A stretch of 62,975 bases of DNA, filler included, from Sphacelaria rigidula (GCA_964200075.2; 5 parts of 5 records of this genome joined end to end with filler, not necessarily neighbours in it), one strand, 5' to 3'. Counted from the first letter of the whole stretch, positions 50,671-62,975 are shown. Numbers and translations: made by a program. The notes: generated by a model from the letters alone, not told the origin.

Positions 50671-50875
50671 TGTAATGCGTGAGAGGGCCGTGTGCTTAGA
50701 GGACGGCGCCGTAGTTCAAAACACCTCAGGTTCGACGTTTTAAAAAACCAATCGGGTCAGTCCCTGGAGGTACCACGCCCCTGACTATAACCCTAACCCT
50801 AACCCTAACCCTAACCATAGACATGTTCAAATTCCGATGCGGTCCTCTGAGCACGCAGTCCTCTCACGCATTACA
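50671..50875. mobile_element. Inverted-repeat element enclosing a (CCCTAA)4 telomeric tract
   Basis: TGTAATGCGTGAGAGGGCCGTGTGCTTAGAGGAC ... GTCCTCTGAGCACGCAGTCCTCTCACGCATTACA; TAA(CCCTAA)4CC at 50788-50816. Confidence 0.75.
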
Positions 50876-50998
50876 TTATTCTGGAATTCGAATGAAGCGA
50901 TTAGTATAGAACCGGATTGAAATCAACAGATACAAGTTCGAAATAAATTATTGTTCCGAGAAAACGCTTTGAAGGTGGAAAAACGCAAAATTCCACTC

Positions 50999-51410
50999 AA
51001 CAGTGCATGTTCGAAAATGGGGTTGAAAATAAAAAACGAGATTCAACTCAAAAGCCGTACTTTCTCTGACCTAAATTCATGACAAATATCTTTCATATGG
51101 ACGACCTCATCCCTCCCGGTCCCCCTAAAACTATTTCGGGGGATTTCTAGCCCTCCGTTCCCCCAAAGGGTATGTGCGAAAGCACGATTTTTGGATTTTT
51201 CCACCCCAAAATTGAGGCAAAAGAGTGCTTTCGCACAAACCCTTTGGGGGAACGGAAGGCCAGGAACCTCCCGAAATAGTTTTTGGGGGGTCGGGAAGGA
51301 TGAGGTCATCCGTATGAAAGTAATTTCTCATGAATTTAGGTCAGAGCAAGCACGACGTTCGAGTTGAACCTCTTTTTTGTTTTCAACCCCATTTTCGAAA
51401 ATCCACTGTT
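50999..51410. mobile_element. Foldback/MITE: about 410-nt imperfect palindrome (CAGTG...CACTG ends)
   Basis: AACAGTGCATGTTCGAAAATGGGGTTGAAAA ... TTTTCAACCCCATTTTCGAAAATCCACTGTT; inner CTGACCTAAATTCATGA / TCATGAATTTAGGTCAG and CCGTTCCCCCAAAGGG / CCCTTTGGGGGAACGG. Confidence 0.88.
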
Positions 51411-54346
51411 ATTCGAAGAAAACTCTCTGTGCCCGTCAATGTTCCATAGGGCCTGCAAAAACTGTGTCATCATTTTTCAACACCTAGCGCGAACCGGGGA
51501 AGCGCCTCGCACCAGCGGTCGACGCGGAGCAGTGGTCAAAACGTTCAAAGATTATCACCGTAATGCCGTTCCTGTGGCTTCCAAGTGATGCTCGTGGAGG
51601 TGTTGGAGGCATTCGCAAAAATCCGCGCTAGACTGATACGTGCAAAGCACCTGCAGGGGCAACGAATAGAGTTGTGCAGAAGCAAAACATTATGTGGCTA
51701 ATCTATGAAATGACAACACTCTCAATGAAGCAGTAAATAGGAATGTTCACGTAAAACTTCCAGAGATATGCCTCCTGAATTATTTCATGGAGAGCTGCAA
51801 ATATCAGGAATGCACTGTAGCCAAATGATGGCAAGCCGTCGGTTTCAGTATAATCGCATGCATGATTGGAGCAGTCGCAGGGGACAGGGGATCCTGGATT
51901 GATGACCCTCATCTGTGTGGCCCCTTGCTATCTGACTCCTGATGTGGTCTGTTGAGGATCACTCCGTAATAATAACAAGTGAGAAGAAATGACTTATCGA
52001 GCACGAGGCCAGTACTACTGGAGGAGTCCCTCGTGGATAATCCTCTTGTCCAGATCGTCTGGCAGAGGCTACAATATCTAGATATTATTCCGGCACTCTG
52101 TTAGACGAGTCTTGGCCGAAGAGAAAAGTTGGGCAGCAGCTTAGAGCCAGTTTAGCCCACAGACAGGAGGATACCAACTTGAAGCGCACAGCAGAGGGGG
52201 ACGCTCCGTGAGCTGGAGGACGCACAAGTCAGGCAAAAGTATCTCCGTGAAGTATTTGAAGCGTACACGACATGGCTCAAGCGGCGGCAGCGCCGCTGGT
52301 GTAAGGTGAGCAACTAGAACCGCCGGAGTGTGGAGAAGCATCGACAGAAGAGGCATCACGGGTTTTTTTCGCAAGATACCTTGAATACATACAGCGGTGG
52401 AGCCTAGCGAATTCAGAAGGAATTATACGGCATGAAAGAGTAAGCATAGGGCAACTCATTCCTGTCTACATTTACCGCTGCTTCGAAGACATATATAAGG
52501 ACGGTCGTGCTATGACCCCCGTTGAATTGTTTGATGCTGTGAAGCAGCATGCCGGGTACACTACAACCGGTGGAAAGCAAGGACACTGCGCGGGCTGAAG
52601 CAGACCTGCTTACGGTACTTGCGATGAAGCAAAGCGGTGGGAAATCTGTCAGAGATCGTGCTATGATGGTCAGTTCAGATATGAAATTGTTTTTGGAGTA
52701 AACCTCATAGTGCAAGCCATGTACCGTGCGGAGGAGAGGAGTTGGTTGCCTGGCTCGGCTGAGTCGGTTTCCATACTCCGTGCAGAACACATATATGTAT
52801 ATATAAATTTGTCAGCGAGAAACGAAGCGCCCAGAAAATGAAGCGTGAAACAAAAAGACAGACGGTAGAGAGTTTCGGAGGGGGGGGAATATCATCATAA
52901 AGTCAGAGGTCAGCGTGGAAACTTTGAAACTCCAGAGTGGACGCCAAAACCCTCATAGCGGAGACTGGTGTGACGTGGATTGACGTGGATTTGTTTTTCG
53001 CATTGATTAGCCGCAAGTTGTGCCGCCAAATGTGCGATAGACCAACGTCCTGTTCGAAAATGCGTAGGTCAGCACAAGAGATTGTACAATAACAGTAGCG
53101 AGCCTGCGTTGTACGATACCCGGCGACACCGTACGTACCACACACTACGCTTCACTGCACTTGCAGTACTTCACACGCGGCCATTCGGCTCCTGTTTGAA
53201 ATTCTCCTATCGTGATTTTCATCCTGTAAGGGGCAAAATGGCCGTCCGGGAGATTAAATACCCTCTGGTGGTTCATGATGCCTCTGGAGTGGACAGTAAA
53301 CGAAGCCGCTAGAGAGCACATGATTTCCTTGAGCACATACTTTTACAGAAGGTGCCTCTGGAGAAATTCGGGGGGAAATACTCTCCAGGGTGTAAATCGA
53401 CCTCTGGAGTTCGCACTACATCAAACCTCGGGACGACACTTGTCTCCTAACTGTCTACAGGGCGCCTTTGGGACCCCAGAAATCTTGTGGTACTCTATGG
53501 ACCATCACGCCAGATATAGATGTATCACCCGCCGCGTTCACAGATCAAACTATGCAAGCCCCATAAGACTTATTCCCAGCTACCACCACAACCCTGCAGC
53601 AGAGAGCACGAGTTGGGCACGGGGATACAGATACACACGGCCGTAGTTGGGTATGATGTATTTTTGTGGGTGGAAACTTGAGCATCTTTTTTCATGGTAT
53701 GCCGCGGAATCGCGCGGCGACGAACCACGCGGGGTAGGGTGAGGGAAATAACCGGCTTACTGCATAGACGCTTATGGACGGTGCAGGCAGTACAACGCTG
53801 CACGTTGTTCAAGTCCTTCTCACGTCGCACTGTGAGCGAGGAACATATACAGTCCTGCGCTGTCTGTACTGTACTTTGCTCGCTTCCCGTTCATGTCCTA
53901 CTGACTGAGCAGTTGTGCGCACGCTGCTGCACCAACGAGCGTGTATACTGCAGTAGCTGATGATATAACACCCCCATATATCCAAAGCTACAGGCATCGA
54001 CATGATTTGTATAGCCATACGTAGTGCATATGCTGCACTAACTCTGCAGTACATGGCACCGCACGTATAAGCACGATACGGTACTGTCCTGCGCACGGAA
54101 TTGTACAGTCCAGTACAGCATCACACCGTGCGTTTTGTTGTGATCAAAGTACAGAATAAACCGCGTTCAGAATTTTTCGCGTTTTGATCGAAAAAGAAGC
54201 TTTGGTGTGTTGTTGTGGTAGGCACTAGACTACGGCGTTTTCAGGGCCCATAAAGACAGAGTTGCGAGGTATGAACCGACACATCACCATCACCACTAAC
54301 AAGAGCTGTACCCGATGCAGCACGGCAGTGGACATACACTCGAAAT

Positions 54347-54698
54347 CAGTGTATGGGATTTGTATACAGCGGAGGCTGTTGAAGAGTTCTATCTTTTTGT
54401 CCAATTGATATATGAATTGGGGGGCGAGAGAATGAATCCCCAACAATCTCTGCCGTCTCTCGAATCTCATCCGCTGACTACGGTACAGTATATGGGACTT
54501 GAAGAGCAGAGGCTGCTCGCAAATGAGTCGTTTCTTTTTGCCCAATTTCGGGATGAATTGGCGGGCAAAACGAGGATTCACTTTGACCAACTTCTGCTCT
54601 ACAAATCTCATCTACCAGTGTATATGGGATTTGAACAGCCTGCTGTTCGAAATGAATCCTTTCTGCCCGGTTACAAACTTGGAATCGGACATGAATAG
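54347..54698 (+). repeat. Degenerate 130-140-nt tandem repeat (about 2.5 copies) under open frames
   Basis: CAGT(G/A)TATGGGA(T/C)TTG at about 54347, 54486 and 54616; TCTTTTTG.CCAATT...ATGAATTGG.GGGC twice; AATCTCATC twice. Confidence 0.65.
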
Positions 54699-55709
54699 GG
54701 CTGTGAACTGGCTGTGTGATGGGGTTGTAATGCATACACTTCAGCGTGCACGAAAGGTGAAGCCTGATAGTCCCCGCAAGGGTACAGTGTATTTGTTCGT
54801 GTCCGAAGTAGTTCAAACTTCAATAGCTTCACAAAGTAAGCCATATCCGTATGATCCAAAAGACTCTTCATCGCTCGTATTCGTTATCGCTCTGTTCAAT
54901 GCTCTTTCACGATGCTCACCGGCTATAGCAGTGCTTAGCAATAGGCTCCACCTAGCGAGTGAACTCGGGAGGTGCTGCTAAACCCGTAACCTGTTCCCTT
55001 TACTCGAATTCACATCCGGCTTAGTCAAGCCTGATCAGACCCACAAATGTACGGTACCGGATTAGTTCATAAATGCCTTCTAGCCTCATGACACTAGCCC
55101 ATCCAGACGAACCTATATTACCGTTTCGATGTGGAGGGTCAAAAAGCAACGAAAATCGATGTTTTTCTCCACGTGAAGTCATGAACGGCAAGGAAGGCGA
55201 ACTCAGCGACGAACTCAAATGCTGTAAAGACACTCGGCCGTAGTGGCTGAGAAAGAAGATACACCCCACACCAGGAGGGCAACATGGATTCCGTTGCCAC
55301 ATCCTTTCACACCTCAAACAAGGGAAGCAGAATCTGCTATCGAAAAGCGCAAGTACGCTTGAAGACGCAGGAGCACACAATGCCGTTTCGGGTTAGCGAA
55401 CTTGAACGGAAGAACACAAAAATGCTTCGATGCGCTAGCCAAAGTGAAGCGATAAAAGGGAAGACACCTCAGGGACACAACGGCTACGTGAGTGATACCA
55501 AACTCAACAGCCGAAAGGTCAATCATATGCGGCGAGCGCATGGTGGTTGATGAAAGCAAAGGGATCAGCAACTCAAAGACTGCAAGGGGTTCAGAGCCAG
55601 TCATACAAATCAAGAGCGAGAATACGAGAAGCTCCAATAGCCGGGAATGAAGGTGCTCCAGGCACGTTCTGTTCGTCGTCGATTGTTATGTATCGAAGGA
55701 GCTCCGGTT

Positions 55710-58700
55710 TTAGGCTGTTGAAGAACTCGGTGGGTGGCACTGGTGTGTCCTGAATGGTGAAAGCAGGGGGAAATATCTAAACGACAGGGGAAGGAGACAA
55801 AAAAGGAAAATATTGTGGATTGAAAAGTAGGAGTTCTGCGGAAGCTTGACGCGGTGCGTTGGCATCAGATGTGCGATCAATGTTGTGTTGAATTCCGCGG
55901 CGGAGGCCTTTTGACTTGAGTCGCTGAAGACACCAAGATCCTCGTGGTGCGGATGGACTGGTGATATAAAGCTCTGGGCGGAGCTTGAGCTGGACGGGTC
56001 CAAGTCTTCGTTGAAGCGCACGATGTATGTGTCGGGCACGTTCAGGTCTGTGGAGTGGGTCTGGCCTAGCCACCACAGCATGTCGCTGCCTTTGTACCAC
56101 GGGAAGGCGCCTTTGGGGAGACCTTCCTGTTTCGCGCGGATATTATGTTCCCAATGCTTGGTGACTACCAATTCGTAGCCATCGGCGACAAAGCGCAAAC
56201 CTGTGTCACGGTGTAGTTCGCGTGCTGCTGCGCCGCGGCGCATGTTGCGATATTTATCGTTTTTAGCAAGATGTTGCTGCTGCGGTTGTGTCCAGTACAG
56301 GAAAATAGCTCGGGGGTGCCCCTGAAGGTCGGATTTACGTTCCCAGGACACTCTCCGAAGGTCTTGCCAGTGAGTTTTGTACATGACAGCAATCTTACCT
56401 CCTCGACCTCGGGTGATCCGGTGACCAGAAATATGGGACACGGCGAGGTAGAGGGATTGTTCCGTCACGTCGTCCGTAGTAACGTGATAAGGCGGTGACT
56501 TGGTCGAATAGCTGTTACGCACGTATCGCGTGAGACCGGCAGACAAATATTTGGGCATGTCGCTAGTGTCATGCGGGTTTGTGCAAGGTTTGCAACGGTG
56601 CACAGAGACGCGAGATTTGGCGTCATGTCCCTGAAATTCGCGAGGGAGATTGAGATAAAAACGTTTGTCACCAACAGGCTTGCCATCAGGTGACGATGGC
56701 GAGGGCCCTACGGTCAGAATCTTGAATGGTCCTGTCCAGTTGAGGGATAAATTAGTCTTCAGGGCTGTCTGGTTGGCGCTCTGTCGGCGCCTTGGCGGGT
56801 GGTCGACAAACTGTTATGAACCCAGTTCCAATCGTCAACCTTCCAAGTAGGTCGTTTGTTCATCAAGTTATAGAGAGCATTACTAAATCTCTCAAGGCAC
56901 GAAGCGCTGATAGTGTGTTGTTCACGCACGAGAGTGAAAGTGTTGCGCAGACGCGCACGTGCGGGAGGTCATGGTAGGATATCTGATCCTGATCCAAGCC
57001 TTGGTGGCCATCGAAGGTGTGTCTCTCAAACACGGTGATGGGTAGACGGGGGTAGCCCCCGAGATGTTATTCGCTATGAGAGAGGCCGGTAGCAGCGTTA
57101 ACCGAGTTGTTGTAACACAGCATGACACGTGAGCGTTGGAGATCCCAGTCGTTTTGACGATCGTTGACTACCATAGATAGCATTTGGGCCATGGTGTGGT
57201 TAACTCGTTCAGGACCACCGTTGCCATCACGGTGGTGAGCGCTCGTGACCATCTTGCGAACGCCCAAAAGCATATACAATTCGTCCGAGAGATCTGAGGA
57301 AAATTGCTGACCATCATCGGAAAGAAGCCGTTCCGGACAACCATAGTTCTTGATAGAGTCGTGAACTAAGATGTTAGCTGTGCCTGCCGCTGTGAAGTCC
57401 CCATCTGTGACTGCGAACATGGACGCATGGCGGCTGAAGCGGTCGGTAAAGAGTAAGATGTGTAAGTGTTGTCACGGTCAGTGGTCGGTAAAGGACCGAA
57501 AACGTCGTACGACACGGAGTGACCAGGAGCGTTGGAAAGTACTATTGAAATGACTGACCCACGTATTGGCTGCCGTGAGGTTTTGCGAACTTGACACTTA
57601 AAGCATCGCAGAATCAAGAAGCGAGTGGGTACTTCCATGCCGACCCATCAGTAGAAACGTTAGAGCAACGCTACAGTGCGCGTGACACCAAGGTGGCAAG
57701 ACAGGCCAGTGTGGCAGCCTTTCATTACCCACAGTCTCATCAAAAATGGGACATAGATGCGGGTGGGTTCACCATCGAGTACGCGTGCATGACGTCCAGT
57801 AGTCGCGGGTGAAGTTACAACCGGCTAGAGCGCAGGGCGGTGGACGAGTGGTTGAATACCGTGATCAGTAGTGAAGATAGTATCTTTACGTGCGAGTTCG
57901 CACACCTCAGAGGCGTTTGGTGGTGGCAGCGTACCAACCGGGGCCAGAACATCGTCGGGGATAGGGGCAGGGATGCAGCATGGAGGTACCGCATGGTTGC
58001 GCGGCATAATGGTTCTGCTTGTTGTTCACGAGCCCAGTCACGATGAGAGGAAGTGGCGAGGAACTCGCGCAGTTGGCCTTCCATCGGAGAGCAGCCCAGG
58101 CATGGTGGCCCAGGAAGCGGTGGAACAGGCGACGGGGCGGAGGTGCCAACGTCGGTATGTACATCGGGATCATCAGACGGGGTGGGCACTGGCAGTGCCG
58201 CGGACGGCGGCGTTGTCGAAGTAGTGCGCGCCGAAGAGCGTGCTCGACGCTTGTTGTGAGAATTGCGCGTGGCAGGTGTTGCCAAGGCTCGTCGTGCGCT
58301 GTTGCAAGGAGCGGGTGCTACGTTGCTCGTGGGAGCAGTAGGTGTTGTCGGTGGCAGCGGGGCGTGGGGAGGGTCGGCGCGGGCGGCAGACCGAGAGCGC
58401 GTATTGTCGGAAATGAGATGGACAACTGAAGGTGGCGGAACTGAAATATTTGCGCGAGGGCCGACAGTGCGGAAGTCGACAAAGTCGGCGTTTGTGGGCA
58501 TTAGCTCACTCAAGACTGCATCATACGGTGGGGCAACGGCGTGAATGTACGCTGAGAAACGCCGGACAAGGCATACGCCTGGTTCATCAGGTTCAGCTAA
58601 TCGGTAAGCTGGGCTGAAGTCCACGGGTGTTGGAGGAAGAGGCAGGCGGGAGAGAAGGTCAGGATTCCCGTTGGTTTTGCCTGGGCGGTGTTTGACAGTA

Positions 58701-61700
58701 ATATATTGATAAGCTGTCAGGAACTCCAACCAGCGTTGCACATGTGGATCATGTTCGCCAACCTTGGCGAGTTCTTCAAGTGCTCCGTGATCCGTGTAGA
58801 TTTCGAAAGGCACGTGAAACAAGTACTGTCGAAGGCGCTTTATGGCCCAAGTGATGACGCCACCTCCCAACTACAGTGGGCTCCAGTTGGTCTCGTTTGG
58901 CAGGGTGGCGCGACTGATATAGAAGATAGGGCGAACAGAGCCATCGAGTTGAGGTTGTTTCAAGACCGCACCGAACCCGTCGGTGCTGGTGTGTGTGTGC
59001 ATTTGAAAGGGCGAGAGCCATCTTGCACCGCCTCCCAGTCTGAAAAACAGAGAACCGATTTTTCGGTAAGCATTTTCAGCAAATCGCGAACGATAGCTTC
59101 CATGACTCTCGTGAAGACAAACGCGGCGCCTTTTACAAGCAAGTCCGTAATGGGGCGAATCGGTTTGGACAGATTAGGCAAACATTTTTCATAGTAAGAC
59201 AGTCCACCCCATAATGAGAGGAGCCGAGTAATGTTCGTGGGCATCGGCAATTCAGTCATTGCTCTGACTCTATTGGATTCCGGGAGTAGGCCCGCCGGTG
59301 ACATTGAATGTCCCAGAAAATCCAATTCAGTCGCGCCAAGGCGATCTTTGGATGGAGACAGTTTCAAATCGTGCGTTTGTACGCGAGGAAGAAACTCTCG
59401 TAAGGTGCGCACATGCACAATAGGGGAGGCATCGAAAGCGATAGCGTCGTCCAAGGACATGATGACGTGTTCAAGATTCTCCGTAACGCGTTGCATTAAG
59501 CGTTGGAAACAACCTGGTGCAGTGGCAGCGCCTGTGGCATACCGAGCCATTCGTAGCGCCCGGAAGATATACAGAACGCTGCAGTGGGACTGTGTCAGGG
59601 TGAATGGCATTCTGAAAACCTCCAGAAGCTAGATCGAAGGTACTGAATATTTTGCCTTCGCCTAGGGAGTCGAAGACCTCATCTATGCGAGGAGTTGGAA
59701 GTTTCCCCACCACAGTAACGCAAATTAGCCGTTAATAATTCACAGTGAGGCGTTTGTTTCCATCCGTTTTGAGGACTACCACCAGGGGTGAGGCCTATGG
59801 AGAAGAGGAGTGTTGGATTAATCTGGCACCCAAATCGGCTTCCAAGATGGCTTTGTCGTTTCCGGTAAGGATGGGCTTCGTCCGATGCGGTCGAGAAGAG
59901 ATTGGCGAAACGCCAGGTTGAAGAGTGATTTTTAAGGGCAGCGTTTTGGAATGCCCCAAATCCGTTATGGATCGAGAGAATCAGTCTTGATACTCCAATA
60001 AAACATCACTCAATTCTTTCATTACAGCGGGTTCCCAACCGGGTACGTGTAAATCAAAGTTGATGTCAGGTAAATGGGATGGAAGTTGAATCAACATGTG
60101 CAAGAAACGTTTTCGAGAATTTGGTGATGGGCGTTGGAGCATTTCAGCAGGGGGGTTGGAATTTGACTGTGCTGGTTCCACGGTGTGGATACGTGATGGA
60201 GACGAAGAGGGTATGTGGAAATAAGGCTCATCGACACAATTGATGAAACAGTCTGTCGAAGGGGCCGGGTTGAGCGCCGAGGGTTCAGTGGCACATGTCT
60301 CAAGTGGAATGTGCATTAGGGGGGCAGCAGCGATACCCAAAACATCACCGGGTTCCACGTTAGAATGACCCGTGAAGGGTAAAAGTTGTTTTCCTGTTCA
60401 GACAAAGTGTTCTTTGCCGGCAGGCGCACTAAACCGAGGAAGAATTTCGGCGAGGTAAGGTCCCATAAGGGCAGGTATGCCATTTCGGCGAACGAGGGCA
60501 ACTTCTAGCAGTTGAGGGTCATCGCAGAGGGTAACATCAGCACTATCATCGTATCGTAGGTGATGAGCAGCTCCGGTAGCTTGTTCATTTGTTTTGGTAG
60601 GCCAAGGCGCCGTAAAGGGTACCGAAATATTCAAGGTTGAGTTCTCCCCCAGGCGCAGACTGTGGCGACAATGGTGGTAGCGTGCGGTAGGTGCGTTAAT
60701 CAAACCGCATGTAACTATCTCTGCCCATTACCAAAGCGTGAGCCATGGTGCTGTCGGAGACGACATATGCCCAGACTGCAAGGCTGGCAGAACGAGTTGT
60801 GTTGTGAGAGGATTTCACACTGAGAGACTAACTGCTTTTCGTGTGGTCAAAGGTGCGGTGAAATAACCAAAACCGCCCCATACAAGAGGCTGGGTGGTGA
60901 TTTCGCAAACTGCTGAGGCAGCGCCAATCTGGTTCATGTGTTTCCACACTGTTTCACGGATAAATGTTTGTGGGCTACCACTATTTAAGAAGGAGACACA
61001 TTTGGCAGGCGTGGTGGCGTACGGCCTACAATGGATCGCTACGCGAGTAGTAAAAGTGGTAGGACCAACAGACACTCTACCTCCGACAAGATCCGAACCA
61101 TGTTCAGCCAAGGTAAGTTGACCGGGATCAGCAGTGCTGATGGTGAAAACGGACGGCGGGTTATCCGCCGGTGGGGCAACGTTTTCACCAGAAGGTATGA
61201 TGGATGGTATGTGATCCCCAGGGTGAGCATAGCTCGGCTGGTCATTAGCAATGCCATAGATGGCCGTGTTGGGAAGACAAGGAGCAACGTCTAAAGTGGG
61301 TCCATACTGTTCGGTGGCGTCCGTAAAAGAGGCAGAAACGTCCGAAATATCTTTTATGGATTATTCTGTGATGTCTAATGTTCATCGAGCTCGAAGTCAT
61401 CGCATTTTGGAGAGAAAACGGTCGCGATTTTTTCCATTAGAGAGAAGTGTACGCGTTAATACGCGCGCTACGGTGAGGGCATGTTCACGGGGGCTCCTCT
61501 TTCGCCGTGACAAGGTGTGGTGAACTGCCAAAGTGTTCGGGGAGCCCTCAACTGCGTCCAGTTGGGGGGATGGGGTCGGCATCGTGGCATGCTCGGGCGA
61601 AGCTTGTGGACTTTCCGTTGGCAAACTTGGCTGAGAAGTCATAGCCGAATGTGAATCAGGACGGTTTTTGTGAGAACCATTCACGATTAGCTTCGCGTGG

Positions 61701-61900
61701 TGCAATTAACGCAAAGAACGAACTCGCTCGAGCTGGGTGGGTGTTACTTGGTCCGAAGCGGTCAAATTCAGACTAGCGACACTTGAAGCAGTCGAGTGAA
61801 GTACACTACTGCCCGTTCGTGCGGTCGCTGAGGGAAGCCTTTGCCTCAGAGACGGGCGGTTTGTGTTCCCACACCTAAGATTTACGCTCAGTGCTGAAGG
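55710..61900 (-). mobile_element. Decayed Ty3/Gypsy retrotransposon 2 (protease, RT, RNase H, integrase, chromodomain and extension); LTRs not identified
   Basis: FLNSGSPQTFI (protease); LPTPRIDEVFDSLG...FSTFDLASG, APGCFQRLM, SLDDAIAF, LDFLGH (RT); WAIKRLRQYL...FEIYTDH...HRPGKTNGNPDLLSR (RNase H); SYDVFGPLP, LLSDDGQQF, DGNGGPERVNHT (integrase). Many stops and frameshifts; boundaries approximate. Confidence 0.9.
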
Positions 61901-62582
61901 ACCAAGAGTAGAGTCGAGCGTCTATTGATGCCTTGCTCAATCTCAAGGCTTCATCCGTCAAGAATGTAGTTGGAAACGATGATTTTCACTCATAGAGTAA
62001 CTACCCTAATGAAGATGTTATTTCCCTGTTCTCGGGCGTATGCTATTGTTCCTCGCCATCGTCTTTCCTTTATATTCGCGTCAGAACGATAGCAAACGCA
62101 CGACCAATTGCGTCCAGCGTATGATACCGTACCGGGTTAACCTGCCTTTGCATTTTTGGTCCTCTCGTGCCCCTCCTCATGATCACTATTTCCCTTCCCT
62201 TTTCACTTTTCCCTCTCCCTTTCTTGAACGTGGTGGACTTGACTCTTGGCACATGCTGCCCCTACACGTCATCATGCATGCCGCTTCTCTGCACATTGTT
62301 CGCCATCACGTGGCACACTCCCTATCACCAGGAGCTGCGTGATTTGTTGACGGACACAAAAACGCCGGAGAAAGTCCTGGAACACCCCCCATCGGAGGAC
62401 GAGACCAACGAAGATAGCGTTGCTCTCGCGTGCAACTGCAGGCCGAAACTACCCGAACTTTGGGAGGTAAGCACGGGCGTGGCTCTAGTCAATGGAAACG
62501 TTTCATGGCCCATAAGGTGTTTGGTAGAGTCTAGAGTTATATGGTCTGAGCACCCGCTGCTCAACCAAAAACGTAGAAGGAT

Positions 62583-62809
62583 TCATCCTACGATAGGGGG
62601 GGGGTATGTGGTTGCACGAAAAACGAGGCTCATGAGTGTGTCAGACATCCTTCCACACTTGCGTTGCGCTTGTATTTGGTTCCAAACGGTGTCAGGTAGT
62701 ATGGATGAGCGTTATTGATCCATAACAAGCTTGTTCGAACAACCGTTGCTGCTTTCAACGACGATCTGACTCGAAATTTCAAAATATCCCCCCCCCTATC
62801 GTAGGATGA
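62583..62809. mobile_element. MITE with about 22-nt TIRs
   Basis: TCATCCTACGATAGGGGGGGGG ... CCCCCCCCCTATCGTAGGATGA. Confidence 0.75.
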
Positions 62810-62975
62810 CTCGATGCTAGCAAAGGAAGACACCATCAGCGAGGCACAAGCGGGACTAAGACCAAACCATAGTTGCGTAGACCATGTGCACACACTAGGA
62901 TTATTCAGGGTAGGAAAGACACCGGGCGGACAACGTACTGTTTCTTTCTGGACGTGCAAAAGGCTTATGACACAG
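62810..62975 (+). mobile_element. Non-LTR (LINE) reverse transcriptase fragment, runs off the window
   Basis: MLAKEDTISEAQAGLRPNHSCVDHVHTLG, then a frameshift, then IIQGRKDTGRTTYCFFLDVQKAYDT. Matches LINE RT motifs QxGFR and FLDxxKAYD. Confidence 0.88.

Noticed and set aside
54870..55710. Possible 3' LTR of Gypsy element 2
   Set aside because: No matching second copy, clear TG...CA boundary or PPT was identified in the window.

Overview
Eukaryotic, repeat-rich draft scaffold, most likely from a brown alga (Phaeophyceae, Ectocarpus-like). The evidence for this is an EsV-1-7 repeat gene, short exons with multi-kb introns, and TTAGGG-type repeats. Four 100-nt N/TTAATTAATTAA/N linkers and one 10-N gap break it into pieces whose order is not guaranteed. 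Host genes (both minus strand): four phase-consistent exons of a PRMT10-like arginine methyltransferase (2073-10943, one GC-AG intron; 5' exons not found), and an intronless 642-aa protein with 11 EsV-1-7 Cys/His repeats and a repeated tail carrying D-box-like motifs (26682-28610). Mobile DNA: an internally deleted chromoviral Ty3/Gypsy element with paired LTRs and TSD (40750-45572), a decayed Ty3/Gypsy whose integrase ends in a chromodomain plus a PWWP/Tudor-like segment (about 55710-61900), a LINE RT fragment at the right edge, and many MITE/foldback families. There are also two clusters of tRNA-derived tandem repeats and about 8.5 kb of decayed multi-exon coding sequence of unknown family (about 15500-24130). 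No CRISPR, rRNA or intact tRNA was seen. No complete novel system is demonstrable by eye. The best leads are the double-reader integrase, the EsV-1-7 D-box tail, the tRNA-headed arrays and the telomere-seed-bearing hairpin elements.
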